From contig CAZENH010000017.1 of the NCBI GenBank assembly GCA_964513625.1, positions 5,947 to 69,946 on the forward strand: DNA of 64,000 nt. Reading direction: 5' to 3'. The notes beneath the pieces are model-generated. The model searched no databases. It had not been told where the DNA came from and saw only the letters and a list, made by a program, of their open reading frames with translations. Shown in pieces: positions 37,890 to 47,920 of the stretch. The number at the start of each line of letters is the position of its first letter. Position 1 is the stretch's first letter. The translations under genes and the position numbers were made by a program. This DNA comes from an uncultured Myxococcales bacterium (GTDB lineage: Bacteria > Myxococcota > B64-G9).

Positions 37890-38755
37890 GCGTCGAGATC
37901 ATCCTCGAACGTTTCAAGGCTCAAGCGCCGGAGACGGCGCAGCTCGAGCGGCATGTATTGCGGGAGATCCTGCAAGAAATTGCTCTTGCAGCGCTGTCCC
38001 GGGCCGGATTTTTCAAGCAGGGCGTTTTCCATGGCGGCACATGCCTGCGGATTCTTCACGGTCTCAGGCGCTTCTCGGAAGATCTCGACTTCGTCCTCAA
38101 GCAACCCGCCCCGGACTTCGACTGGAGTCGTTACGAGAAGGTCTTGGTAGACGAGTTCAGGTTGTATGGAATCGAACTGGAAATCAGTAAGCGCAACTCG
38201 AATACGGCCATCCATGCGCTCTGGCTCAAGGACACTTCCCTGGGCAGGATCCTCGAACTTGCCCACCCTCTGCGATCGGGCCAGAAAATCTCCGTCAAGC
38301 TCGAAGTGGATTGCAATCCTCCCGCGGGTTCGACATTCGAGACGGGCTACATTACCTTTCCCGTCCCGTTTTCTTTGCTGGCGCAGGACCTCGAGAGTGG
38401 ATTCGCGAGCAAGCTGCACGCCCTGATGTGTCGGGACTACGTCAAGGGGCGTGATTGGTACGATCTGATCTGGTACGTGCGACGCCGCATCCGCCCGCGG
38501 CTGGAACTGTTGGAAAACGCGATCGATCAGCAGGGTCCCTGGGCCGGGAAGAAGCTGAAAGTGGACAGCGCCTGGCTGACAGCGGAGCTTGAGAACAAGA
38601 CGGAGTCGGTCGACTTCCGGCAGGCAGCCAGGGACGTGGAACGCTTTCTGGACGAGACCGAACTGCGCGGGCTCGAAGTCTGGGGCAGGGATTTCTTCCG
38701 CTCGCAGATCGTAGTTCTCCGGGAGATCCTGAGCGAAGCAGCAGATTCGCTGTAA
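37886..38755 (+). CDS. abiEii: Type IV TA toxin, AbiEii nucleotidyltransferase
   Basis: FHGGTCLR....RFSEDLDF; KLEVD; ASKLHA; KGRDWYD. Confidence 0.92.
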   Translation: MSVEIILERFKAQAPETAQLERHVLREILQEIALAALSRAGFFKQGVFHGGTCLRILHGLRRFSEDLDFVLKQPAPDFDWSRYEKVLVDEFRLYGIELEISKRNSNTAIHALWLKDTSLGRILELAHPLRSGQKISVKLEVDCNPPAGSTFETGYITFPVPFSLLAQDLESGFASKLHALMCRDYVKGRDWYDLIWYVRRRIRPRLELLENAIDQQGPWAGKKLKVDSAWLTAELENKTESVDFRQAARDVERFLDETELRGLEVWGRDFFRSQIVVLREILSEAADSL

Positions 38756-38762
38756 TCCCTGG

Positions 38763-40160
38763 TCAGGGTGAACTCCAGAACTTGTCGACCAGCACTACCA
38801 CCGAGAGACCCGCAAGATCGGCCGCGGCCGAATAGCGGCCACCGCCGACTATCGTGGTTCCCTCGGGGTTGCTGGGATTGGTCTGGCGGGCTTGACTTAC
38901 GGCATTGGGGATGTCGCGATTGTCGAAGAACACGTGCATGTAGCCCAGGTCGATCTCGAAGGCTCCCAACTGGACGCCGGCGCCGAAAGCGAAGGCGAAC
39001 TTTCCTGAATCGGGCGTATTGAGCGTGAAATATTCGTCGGGCGGCGCGCCCGCCTCCCACAGGAAGCCGGTTCTGAGCACCAGCCAATCGAGCGGTTTGC
39101 CGCTGCCGCCGAAGCGCACCGAGTAGGTGTCGCGGTAATGCCGGGGCAGGTCCGAGAAGGTCAGCAGGTAGTCGCCGATTGTTGGGACGTCGCGGTAGTA
39201 GGTCGGCTGCAGGGCTTGCACGTGAACGACGTCGAGGCACGACCAGCCCTCCCAGATCAGATCCAGCTCGATGTCGAACACATCCCGGTAGCGGTAGCGC
39301 AACCCGGAACGCACAATCCAGGGCAGATCGAAAGATATCGCAATCGGCGGCTCGGCCGGGTCGAGAGTCACGCCGTCGTAGTAGATGTGACTGGGCAGGC
39401 GCGCGCGCATGTGGCCCTCGGCGTTCACCGACATGGGCGGTTCGAAAGACAGGCCCAGTTCGACTCCTTCCAGGAAAGGTATCCAGGCTCCCAGGTGTGC
39501 CCACAGGCCCACCTGGCCCCCGGGAATCATGGAATCCTTGGCGATCAATTGAATCGTGCCGTCCAGGTCGCGATCTTCCGGCATGCCGAACAGCCCCGGG
39601 AATCCCGAGACCGCATGCGTGTCGCTGATATCGATGGTGAAGAACAATATTCCGGCCCCGATCCTGAAACCGCTGAAAGGTTCCCAGGCCGCGGACAGTT
39701 GCAGCTGATAAGCCAGGTTGTCGGAGCGAATGATCGAGTAACGCTGGGCGCCGTCCTCGGGATAGTGGCCCCAGGTGCCGTAAGGTGTGTAGAAAGAGAG
39801 GCCGAAGACCAGCCCCTTTAGCCCGAAGTCCGACGAGATGCCGGCGGAAATGCCCGGGGCCGGCGGCGCATCGTTGCTGACCGGCGCGAAATCCTCTGAG
39901 ACTCCTTCGACCGGGTAGCGCGCAAAGCTCATTCTCGCGAAAATCATGGCCGCGTCCAGCTGCAGCCGGGTGCCCGGTTGTCCCGCCAACTGGGCCGGGT
40001 TGTACCAGGCCGCCGTCGAGTCATCGCTGCCAACGACGAAGGCGCCTCCGCGGGACATGGCCCGCACACCGCGGCCCGGCAAGAAGTAGCCGCCTGCCCA
40101 CGACGAGCTTGCTTGCAACAAGAGCCAGACCAGGGCGATGGCGCGTCCGGCAAGTTTCAA
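38763..40160 (-). CDS. FadL/OmpP1-family outer membrane transporter
   Basis: TTG start after GGAG; signal peptide; G.RAMSRGGAFV..SDD.TAAWYNPAQL hatch motif; beta-barrel pattern. Confidence 0.85.
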   Translation of the reverse strand: MKLAGRAIALVWLLLQASSSWAGGYFLPGRGVRAMSRGGAFVVGSDDSTAAWYNPAQLAGQPGTRLQLDAAMIFARMSFARYPVEGVSEDFAPVSNDAPPAPGISAGISSDFGLKGLVFGLSFYTPYGTWGHYPEDGAQRYSIIRSDNLAYQLQLSAAWEPFSGFRIGAGILFFTIDISDTHAVSGFPGLFGMPEDRDLDGTIQLIAKDSMIPGGQVGLWAHLGAWIPFLEGVELGLSFEPPMSVNAEGHMRARLPSHIYYDGVTLDPAEPPIAISFDLPWIVRSGLRYRYRDVFDIELDLIWEGWSCLDVVHVQALQPTYYRDVPTIGDYLLTFSDLPRHYRDTYSVRFGGSGKPLDWLVLRTGFLWEAGAPPDEYFTLNTPDSGKFAFAFGAGVQLGAFEIDLGYMHVFFDNRDIPNAVSQARQTNPSNPEGTTIVGGGRYSAAADLAGLSVVVLVDKFWSSP

Positions 40161-40197
40161 CTGTATCTCCGGGGCAAGAGCGGTCCTGACACGGCGC

Positions 40198-41685
40198 TCA
40201 CCATTCGAGCGCCAGGCGGCCGATGAAGCGCGAGATGATACCCGGGCGCGATCCGTCGGGATAGTCGAAGGCGCTGCCGGGGAAGAACCAGCCCACCTGG
40301 AAGCCTCCAAGCAGATCGACATCGCCGAAGACCGGCTGCTTCCAGTCGACTCCCAGGTCGAGTTCGCAGCCCAGGTTGCGCCCCGGGTTGATCAACCCGT
40401 AGGGGTTGGTAGACACGCCGCCGTTTGCGAATGTCTGGTAGGACTGGGCGAACGGCGCCGAACTCCAGGCGTACAGGAAGCCCGCTAAAAGCGTCATTTG
40501 CGGAAGCGGCCTGATGCGCACGGTAGGGTTGATATAGATGGCGCCGCTTATGCGCCCCTTGCTTGCCAGCATGTCGGTTCCCGGCAGCGGCAAGCCGACG
40601 CGATCCGGGTCGGCGGACTCGGCGGCGCTCATGGCCGTGATGCCGCGCAGGACCGTGTCGAACAGAACCAGGCCGACCTTGTAGTCGGGATCGAACGAAA
40701 AAGAAGTTACCGTGCCGTCATGCGGATCGGGGTCGCCGGAGGCGTAACCAATTTCCAGAACGGGCAACAGGTCCAGCATTCCGAAGTGCCAACCGGCGCG
40801 CAGCACCGCCCCGAAAGCGCTGATGTCTACTCCTCCCGGGCGCTCGGCCTGGACCACGCGATCGGTGCTGCCGGTCAATATGGCCAGCTCGGCGGCCAGC
40901 AGTAATCCTTGGTAGCCCGGGCCGGCATCGATACGCCCGAAGATATCGATCGCCGTCGCGTCGAGACTCGTTCCGGCGTCGTCTTCCTGGATGCGCCCCG
41001 CGACGTACATGCCGATGTCGATTCCCTCTTCGCGGTAGAAGAGCGATCCGATCACTTCGCCGCCCAGGTCGCCGTCGCGCAGGGAGCAGTTCTCGTCCCG
41101 ATAGACCAGACCGCCTCCTATGGCCAGGACGATCTTCGAGGGCCAGCCGCTCAACATGGCCAGCGGCCGGGTCGCCAGGATCAAGCGCTCGGAGATGTCG
41201 CCCTGGTCGCGGAAGCCGAAGCGGTCGGGATCCGGTCGCCCGTCGTTGGCCAGCATGCCCAGGCCCCAGTCGCTGTACATCTGGCCGATCCTGAGCTGGA
41301 ACCATGGCGAGTTCCACTTCAGCCAGAGTTGCCGCAGGTCGAAGCGATTGAGGTCCCAGCCGCGCAAGGTCTCGCGTGTATCCGTGCGAAACTCGGAGGC
41401 GATGTGATCGAAATCGCCAGCGGCCTGGCCGTAGAAGATCTGAAGTTCGGCCTCGACCGAAAGCAAATCTCCCAGGCTCTGCCTGGTGCCGACATCAAGG
41501 CGGTGATCGAGGTACCAGCGCAGGCCGCTGCTATCCCCGGCGGCATTCAGCGGAAAATCCTGGGCATGGGAATAGACGAAGCGCCATTGCCCGAAGACGT
41601 CATAGTCATAATCGTCGGCCCGGGAACCGGGCGAAAAGAACAAGCCCGCCGCAACAACCAGGACTGCCACAAGGTATGCTTTCAT
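40198..41685 (-). CDS. Outer membrane beta-barrel protein (alginate-export-like)
   Basis: Signal peptide; LRIGQMYSDWGLG; ASGD.DP.DG...F.FDPDY; C-terminal LALEW; start moved to ATG 41685. Confidence 0.7.
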   Translation of the reverse strand: MKAYLVAVLVVAAGLFFSPGSRADDYDYDVFGQWRFVYSHAQDFPLNAAGDSSGLRWYLDHRLDVGTRQSLGDLLSVEAELQIFYGQAAGDFDHIASEFRTDTRETLRGWDLNRFDLRQLWLKWNSPWFQLRIGQMYSDWGLGMLANDGRPDPDRFGFRDQGDISERLILATRPLAMLSGWPSKIVLAIGGGLVYRDENCSLRDGDLGGEVIGSLFYREEGIDIGMYVAGRIQEDDAGTSLDATAIDIFGRIDAGPGYQGLLLAAELAILTGSTDRVVQAERPGGVDISAFGAVLRAGWHFGMLDLLPVLEIGYASGDPDPHDGTVTSFSFDPDYKVGLVLFDTVLRGITAMSAAESADPDRVGLPLPGTDMLASKGRISGAIYINPTVRIRPLPQMTLLAGFLYAWSSAPFAQSYQTFANGGVSTNPYGLINPGRNLGCELDLGVDWKQPVFGDVDLLGGFQVGWFFPGSAFDYPDGSRPGIISRFIGRLALEW

Positions 41686-41767
41686 GGTTACGCAGGCTAC
41701 CGCGAGATGCCGGAGCCAGTCAACCATAGGCTGGTAATATTGCCCGCTTCCAACTATAATCTTTCCC

Positions 41768-44700
41768 ATGGAAAAGCCCCGTAGATTGATTCTTTGTGTG
41801 CCGGCATTAGCTCTTGTTTTTGCTGCCTGTCAGGCGGGACCCGAGGGTCTTTTCGAGACGCCGCCCGGCGGCGGGCCGCGTGTGAACTTCGATCTGGATC
41901 ACAAGCCTTTGCCGGAAATACCGTTTCCCAATGACCTGGCCACGCGCGCCGATCCAACCGCGGCCACCGGCCTGAGAATCAACGCCAGCATGATCGCTCC
42001 CACCCAGCTCGAGAGCCGGGTACGCGCCAAGATTGATCAGCTGGACGGCTTCGGTGTCCAGCAGCCGATCTCGGTATCCTTCGATGCCCCGCTGGACATC
42101 GGCAACCTGCTTGCCCGCCAGCGCGACAACCTCGATTTTTCCGACGACGCGGTTTACCTGGTGGACATAGACCCGGACAGCCCGGCCTTCGGCCAAGCCG
42201 TGCTTCTGGATATCGGCCGGGGCAACTTTCCGCTCGAGTTGCAGGACAGCGACTCCTACTTTCGCGGTGATCCGCGGGCGCAGGCCGGCAACGCAATCTT
42301 TGATACCGTCGAGGAAGACCTGAACGGCAACGGCCTGCTCGATCCGGGCGAGGACAGCGACGACGACGGGGTGCTCGACCATCCCAACGTCTGGCCGCCA
42401 GGCTCCGATCCCTTCGACGGCCTGATGACTTTTTACGAATCAGAAACGAACACTCTGATCCTGCGCCCGGTGGTGCCGCTCAGGGAACAAACGACCTATG
42501 CGGTAGTGCTGACGGATCGACTGACCGGCCGCCTTGCGGGAGAGCCGGTGCGCTCGCCCTTCGACTACGTGCACCACCTCAGCCAGCGCGAGGCGCTCGA
42601 CCGGCTGGGGGGTATCTTAGCCGAACACCCGGATTGGCAAATGCAAGAGAAGAACGTCGCCTTCGCCTGGACGTTCACCACCCAGTCGGTCTCGGCCGAG
42701 CTGGTGGCCATCCGCGAGGGGTTCTACGGTATCGGCACCCTGGGCTGGTTGGCGGATGAGATTCCGGTGGATATCAAGCCCGACCAGGCTCTCAACCCAA
42801 AGTATCAGGGAAACGAGCCGCCCTACTATATTCTGCCCGCCCAGACGCTGCTCGATGTTCTCAAGGCCATCGGCCCGGAGTTGCTGGGTGATTCCATGCA
42901 GATGGCCGAACCGATAATCGACTCGTTCGACTCCGTCGATTATTTCGTCGACGGCTCTTTTATCAGTCCCGACTTCGTACGCACGAAACCAGACGGTCTC
43001 GATCCCAGTAACATGGAGAACGAGAACTTCGATATCGATATACGTGCCGGCCGCGCCAACTACTTGCGGCGGCGCGCCTATTTCACGGCGGCGGTTCCCA
43101 AGACGACGGCCCATCACAAGCCTCCTTTCCCGGTTGTGATCTACTGTCACAGCTATAGTTCGATGCGCGGCGAGGCCCTGGGATTCGCAGGCTTCATGGC
43201 CCGCCAGGGCATCGCCAGCGTGGGTATCGACGCCTGGGGACACGGCATCCCGATCGACGATACGATTATGCAGATCATCATGTCGGCGGCCGAGGGCTGG
43301 GGCTTCGAGCCGTTCGCGGAGGTTCTGCTCAATGGTAGAGCCCGCGATTTGACCGGCAATGGGGCGCTCGACTCGGGCGGAGACTACTGGACGGCTTACG
43401 GCTTCCACATCCGCGACGTGGTTCGCCAGACGGTAGCCGATCACTTCGAGCTGGTGCGCGTGCTGCGTTCCCTGGACGGCAAGCGCAGATGGGATCTAGA
43501 CCAGGACGACGACGGGCAGGACGATCTGGCAGGCGATTTCAACGCCGACGGCGTAGTTGATTTCGGCGGGCCCGAGGTGCACTACTTCGCCTGGGGACAG
43601 TCCGGCGGCGGCATTCACTCGGGCCTGCTGTCACCGCTCGAGCCGGCCATTATCGCGGCCGCGCCGACCGTCGGCGGCGGGGGATTGGCCGATGTAGGGG
43701 TTCGCACCATGCTGGGCGGGGTGCGCCGGGCCTCGATGATGCGCTCGATGGGCCCGCTGGTGATCGGCGAACCCGACGGGGATGACGCCGTGCGGGTGAC
43801 GCTGATCGTTCCCCTGGCCACCGAAGAGCGCAGGCTCTTCGCCGGCCGGGTTGAGGGTGTCGAGCAGGGCGACCGGGTGCTGGTCGAAAACCTCGATCGG
43901 GGCGAGGAATTCCGGGCCACCGTCCACGCCGGTCTGCACTTCAGGATTTCAATGGAGGCCGACCGCCAGGACCGCTTTCGGGTCACATTTTACAAGCCCG
44001 GCGGAGATGAGATCGGGCGCCTGGAACGCTGGCCGGAAGACGCCTGGTATTACGATACCGAGATCACCACCGAGTTACCCACTTACTATGCCGGGGAAGA
44101 ATTGCGAACGCCCACCGAGGGCTTCGGCCTGGCCCGCTGCACGCCTGGATTGAGGCGCATGCTGGGACTGTTCCAGATGATCCTGGATCCGGCGGACCCG
44201 GGCTCGCTGGCTCCCAACTATTTCTTGCGCCCGCTCGACATTCGCCCCGAAGGACCGACCGTAACCAACATTCTCGAGCTCACCAGCCTGGGCGACCAGG
44301 ACGTGCCGATCAACACCCAGGCGGCCCTGGGGCGCTCGGCCGGCCTGATTCCCTACCTGCCCGATCAGGACCAGGAGCGTTTTCAGCTATACGGCATGAC
44401 TCCCAACGACTGGCTGATTGCCAACCATGTCTACGAGGGTCTGGCCCAGCGCGGCCGCTTTCCGGGCAGCGACCTGCTGTTCGACCCGGACGACCTGGAC
44501 GAGGGAGCAGACGGTTTCGGCGAGCCGGCCCCGGACGCGGCCCAGCGCCTGCGGATGAAGATCGAGACCGAAACCGGAGAATCGGGCATCCGCTTCGCCC
44601 ACATGACGCCCACCGGCCAGCACGGCATCTTCCCGACCGGCCTGGAAAGCGGCTTCGACATGTTCACCTTCATGGTCAGCCAGGTGGCCCATTTCTTCGC

Positions 44701-44776
44701 AACCGAAGGCCGCGAGATAATCGACGATCGCTGCCTGGAGACCAGCTCCTGCCCGTTGCCGCCCTACTACAAGTGA
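41768..44776 (+). CDS. Large lipoprotein alpha/beta-hydrolase (extracellular lipase/esterase-like)
   Basis: Lipobox FAAC; PFPNDL N-terminal domain seen in bacterial extracellular lipases; nucleophile elbow GQSGG (Ser codon 43601); candidate Asp GDQDVP and His GQHG; several DxDxDG loops. Confidence 0.75.
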   Translation: MEKPRRLILCVPALALVFAACQAGPEGLFETPPGGGPRVNFDLDHKPLPEIPFPNDLATRADPTAATGLRINASMIAPTQLESRVRAKIDQLDGFGVQQPISVSFDAPLDIGNLLARQRDNLDFSDDAVYLVDIDPDSPAFGQAVLLDIGRGNFPLELQDSDSYFRGDPRAQAGNAIFDTVEEDLNGNGLLDPGEDSDDDGVLDHPNVWPPGSDPFDGLMTFYESETNTLILRPVVPLREQTTYAVVLTDRLTGRLAGEPVRSPFDYVHHLSQREALDRLGGILAEHPDWQMQEKNVAFAWTFTTQSVSAELVAIREGFYGIGTLGWLADEIPVDIKPDQALNPKYQGNEPPYYILPAQTLLDVLKAIGPELLGDSMQMAEPIIDSFDSVDYFVDGSFISPDFVRTKPDGLDPSNMENENFDIDIRAGRANYLRRRAYFTAAVPKTTAHHKPPFPVVIYCHSYSSMRGEALGFAGFMARQGIASVGIDAWGHGIPIDDTIMQIIMSAAEGWGFEPFAEVLLNGRARDLTGNGALDSGGDYWTAYGFHIRDVVRQTVADHFELVRVLRSLDGKRRWDLDQDDDGQDDLAGDFNADGVVDFGGPEVHYFAWGQSGGGIHSGLLSPLEPAIIAAAPTVGGGGLADVGVRTMLGGVRRASMMRSMGPLVIGEPDGDDAVRVTLIVPLATEERRLFAGRVEGVEQGDRVLVENLDRGEEFRATVHAGLHFRISMEADRQDRFRVTFYKPGGDEIGRLERWPEDAWYYDTEITTELPTYYAGEELRTPTEGFGLARCTPGLRRMLGLFQMILDPADPGSLAPNYFLRPLDIRPEGPTVTNILELTSLGDQDVPINTQAALGRSAGLIPYLPDQDQERFQLYGMTPNDWLIANHVYEGLAQRGRFPGSDLLFDPDDLDEGADGFGEPAPDAAQRLRMKIETETGESGIRFAHMTPTGQHGIFPTGLESGFDMFTFMVSQVAHFFATEGREIIDDRCLETSSCPLPPYYK

Positions 44777-44805
44777 GATCATCGGACGGAATATTCTCGA
44801 CTTGA

Positions 44806-44834
44806 TTGACAGATCGCGGGTGATCGCGTAGGTT
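44806..44834 (+). promoter_or_regulatory. Sigma70 promoter with tandem GATCGCG repeats in the spacer
   Basis: TTGACA-17 nt-TAGGTT; gatcgcg at 44812-44818 and 44822-44828. Confidence 0.5.
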
Positions 44835-44868
44835 GACGCTTCACCCTGGGGTACTGTGAGGCAGAGGT

Positions 44869-46899
44869 ATGGACGACGCCGTCGCAAATGATTCCGGAAA
44901 TAACTCGCAGGTAGACCTATCTTCATCCATCAAGCAGGCGTCGCTCGAATTGTTTCCGGCGGCCGGCGACCTGCCGGCTGAGTGCGATCTGCTTCGAGGC
45001 CTGGTGATGTCCCTGCACGAGACGGTTATCATGGGCCTCGACCGGTCGGGTCGCTATCTTTTCCTGTGGGGAGATCCGGAACTGGCAAAGCAATACGGAG
45101 TCGACTACTCCGACTTTTCGGGAAAAGGTCTTTCCGACGTCTTTCCGGAAAAAGACGCCGCTCGCAGGATCGCTGACGTCGGACAGGTTTTCGACTGCGG
45201 CCTGCGCTTCAGGTTGGAATACCCGGTGGATTTTCCGGGCGGTACTTTCTGGCACGATGTGAGCATATCTCCCCTGCGGGACGAAAGCGGAAAGGTCATC
45301 GCCTGCCTGGGCATCATCCAGGACATCACCCGCAGCAAGCGGGTCGAGCACAGCCTCAAGGAGAGCGAGGATCGCTACCGCAGCGTCGTCGACCAGAGCG
45401 CGGATTTCATCGTCATGCACAACGCCGGCAAGATCTTGTTCGCCAATCGGGCTGCGGCCGCTGCCGCGGGTGTCGAGGATCCCGACGAGATGATCGGCCG
45501 CCCGGTTCTCGACCTGGTGCATCCAGACTCGCGCGAAGTCGTGCGCCGGCGCATGGCCCTGGCGGGCGATACACCCGGGATACTGCCGCCGATCGAGGAG
45601 AAATTCGTCGGCCGGGAAGGCAGGGTTTTTTACGGCGAGGCGATCGGTCAACGCGTGTCGTTCAACGGGCAACACGTCATTCTGACGACCGTGCGCGACA
45701 TCACCGAACGGCGGGCGGCTGAAGAGGGATTTCGCGCATTGCAGGACAGGATCAGAAACGCCCAGAAGCAGGAGAGCCTGGCGATATTGGCAGGCGGGGT
45801 AGCGCACGATTTCAACAACTTGCTGATGGGCGTGCTGGGCAATGCCAGCATCGTGCTAAGCGAAATGGATGCCGAATCGCCCTGGTACGACAGGCTTTGC
45901 GCGATCGAGAAGGCCTCCGTTCGGGCCTCCGAACTTACCCGACAACTCCTGGCATATTCGGGCGGGGGAAAGTTCGTACTAAGATCGGTGAATCTGGCTG
46001 AACTGTGCAGGGAGATGGCCGGGCTCTTGCGGGTGGCGATATCCAGCAAGATCGAGTTTCGCTACGAGATCGACCCGCAGCTTCCCTATATCTCGGCCGA
46101 CGCCACCCAGATGCGCCAGGTGATCATGAACCTGCTGCTAAACGCCGCCGAGGCCATCGGCGACGAGGCCGGGACGATCGACGTTCGCACGCGCGCGATG
46201 AACGCGGGCGGCGACTTGCTGGCCGCTACCTTCATGCAAAGCGATCTCGATGAAGGACCGTGCGTCAGCCTGGTGGTCGCGGACAACGGTTGCGGAATGT
46301 CTGCGGACACCCGGGAGAAGATCTTCGATCCGTTTTTTTCCACCAAGGGATCGGGCCGCGGGCTGGGCCTGGCGGCCGTGCTGGGTATCGTGCACGGGCA
46401 CGGAGGAGCGCTGCGGGTAGCCAGTCAAGTCGGCAAGGGAAGCGAATTCGAACTGCTTTTTCCGCTGGCGGACGCATCCATGCCCGAGAATATCGCCGCG
46501 CAACCAGCCAGGGCGCGGCCGGCGGGCTGGCGTCCCGAGGGGCTATTGCTGCTGGCCGATGACGAGGAACAAGTGCGCGATGTAGTTTGCGAAACGCTTG
46601 CCGGCCCGAATACCAAGGTATTGACGGCCCGCGACGGCCGCGAAGCAGTCGAATTGTTCGAGCAGCGCCCGGGCGAGTTCAAGGCAGCGATCCTGGACAT
46701 GACCATGCCGCGCCTGTCGGGCAGCGAGGTGCTCGACGAACTGAGGCAGATGCGCCCGGATTTGCCGGTGGTGCTCACCAGCGGATATTCGGATATCGGT
46801 GGCACCGAACCAGCCGGCGGCGGCACGCGCGGTATTTTTCTGGCAAAGCCTTTCAGGCCTTCCGAACTGCTCGGCGCGCTCTACCAGATAATGTCCTGA
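44869..46899 (+). CDS. Cytoplasmic hybrid histidine kinase PAS-PAS-HisKA-HATPase-REC (CckA-like)
   Basis: [35 protein letters not shown]; receiver with DD, LDMTMP, AKPF. Confidence 0.93.
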   Translation: MDDAVANDSGNNSQVDLSSSIKQASLELFPAAGDLPAECDLLRGLVMSLHETVIMGLDRSGRYLFLWGDPELAKQYGVDYSDFSGKGLSDVFPEKDAARRIADVGQVFDCGLRFRLEYPVDFPGGTFWHDVSISPLRDESGKVIACLGIIQDITRSKRVEHSLKESEDRYRSVVDQSADFIVMHNAGKILFANRAAAAAAGVEDPDEMIGRPVLDLVHPDSREVVRRRMALAGDTPGILPPIEEKFVGREGRVFYGEAIGQRVSFNGQHVILTTVRDITERRAAEEGFRALQDRIRNAQKQESLAILAGGVAHDFNNLLMGVLGNASIVLSEMDAESPWYDRLCAIEKASVRASELTRQLLAYSGGGKFVLRSVNLAELCREMAGLLRVAISSKIEFRYEIDPQLPYISADATQMRQVIMNLLLNAAEAIGDEAGTIDVRTRAMNAGGDLLAATFMQSDLDEGPCVSLVVADNGCGMSADTREKIFDPFFSTKGSGRGLGLAAVLGIVHGHGGALRVASQVGKGSEFELLFPLADASMPENIAAQPARARPAGWRPEGLLLLADDEEQVRDVVCETLAGPNTKVLTARDGREAVELFEQRPGEFKAAILDMTMPRLSGSEVLDELRQMRPDLPVVLTSGYSDIGGTEPAGGGTRGIFLAKPFRPSELLGALYQIMS

Positions 46900-46912
46900 G
46901 ACCGGCGGTTAG

Positions 46913-47917
46913 CTACGAGCAAGAGTGCGGCAGATGGCGGTTGCGGGCCAGCGGCATCAGCTTGTTCAGGCGGGCCGTCGCTTCCTGAGCTTCCTCGACG
47001 ATCTCTTCGATTATTTCGCGCATCGGTTTTATCTTGTGCGCCAGGCCGATGCCTTGCCCGCAGGCCAGAAGCCCGCCGTCTGAAGCGGCGGCGAACTTCT
47101 CCTTGGTGATCATTCCGGAGATCAGCGGCAGCAACTCGTCCAACCCGGCGCCCTGTTCTTCCAACTCGGCTACCTTGCGCGAGGTCTCGTTGTCCATAAC
47201 CCTGTGGGTGTTGCCGATCGAACGCAGCACGATGCGCGTATCCAGTTCACTAAGATCGAGCAGCCTCTTCTTGATTTCGGGATGCAAGGGCGTCTCCTCG
47301 GCCGTCAGCAGGCGAGTGCCCATGATGATTCCCTCGGCTCCCAGTGCCAGCACGGCCGCCATGCCCCGTCCATCGGCCACTCCGCCGCCGCCGATGACCG
47401 GGATGGATAGGGCATCGACCACCCGGGGAACCAGGCACAGGGTTGTGATGTCCAGGTTGCCCGTGGCCCCGCCGTTCTCGTAGCCCACTACCGTGACCGC
47501 GTCCGCTCCGATGCTCTCGGCCTTCTTGGCGTAGCGCACCCCGACGCACTTGTGCATCAGCTTCATGCCCGCCTGCTTGATGCGCCCGACCACGTCCTCG
47601 GGCGCCTTGTGGCCCGAGGTCTCGACGATCTTTACACCCTCGTCGATCATCACATCCAGGTAGAGGTTGTTGTCGATCTGATTGAGAGCCGGGAAGAAAT
47701 TCAGGTTGACCGCGAATGGCCGGGAAGTCTTTTCCTTGATGCGCTTGATGGTGTCTCTGAACTCGTCCATCTGCTTGTAGTTGGCCGAGGCCAACACGCC
47801 AAGGCCTCCCGCCTCGGAGACGGCGGCGGTATAGTCTTCCCTGGCCAGGTGCATCATGGTGCCGCCGATTATCGGGTACTCGATTCCAAAAAGGTCGCAG
47901 ATCTTCGTCTTGAACAT
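46913..47917 (-). CDS. Nitronate monooxygenase / FabK-like flavoprotein
   Basis: IEYPIIGGTM, AVSEAGGLG, ENGG, IGGGGVADGRG, MGTR. Confidence 0.88.
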   Translation of the reverse strand: MFKTKICDLFGIEYPIIGGTMMHLAREDYTAAVSEAGGLGVLASANYKQMDEFRDTIKRIKEKTSRPFAVNLNFFPALNQIDNNLYLDVMIDEGVKIVETSGHKAPEDVVGRIKQAGMKLMHKCVGVRYAKKAESIGADAVTVVGYENGGATGNLDITTLCLVPRVVDALSIPVIGGGGVADGRGMAAVLALGAEGIIMGTRLLTAEETPLHPEIKKRLLDLSELDTRIVLRSIGNTHRVMDNETSRKVAELEEQGAGLDELLPLISGMITKEKFAAASDGGLLACGQGIGLAHKIKPMREIIEEIVEEAQEATARLNKLMPLARNRHLPHSCS

Positions 47918-47920
47918 GGT

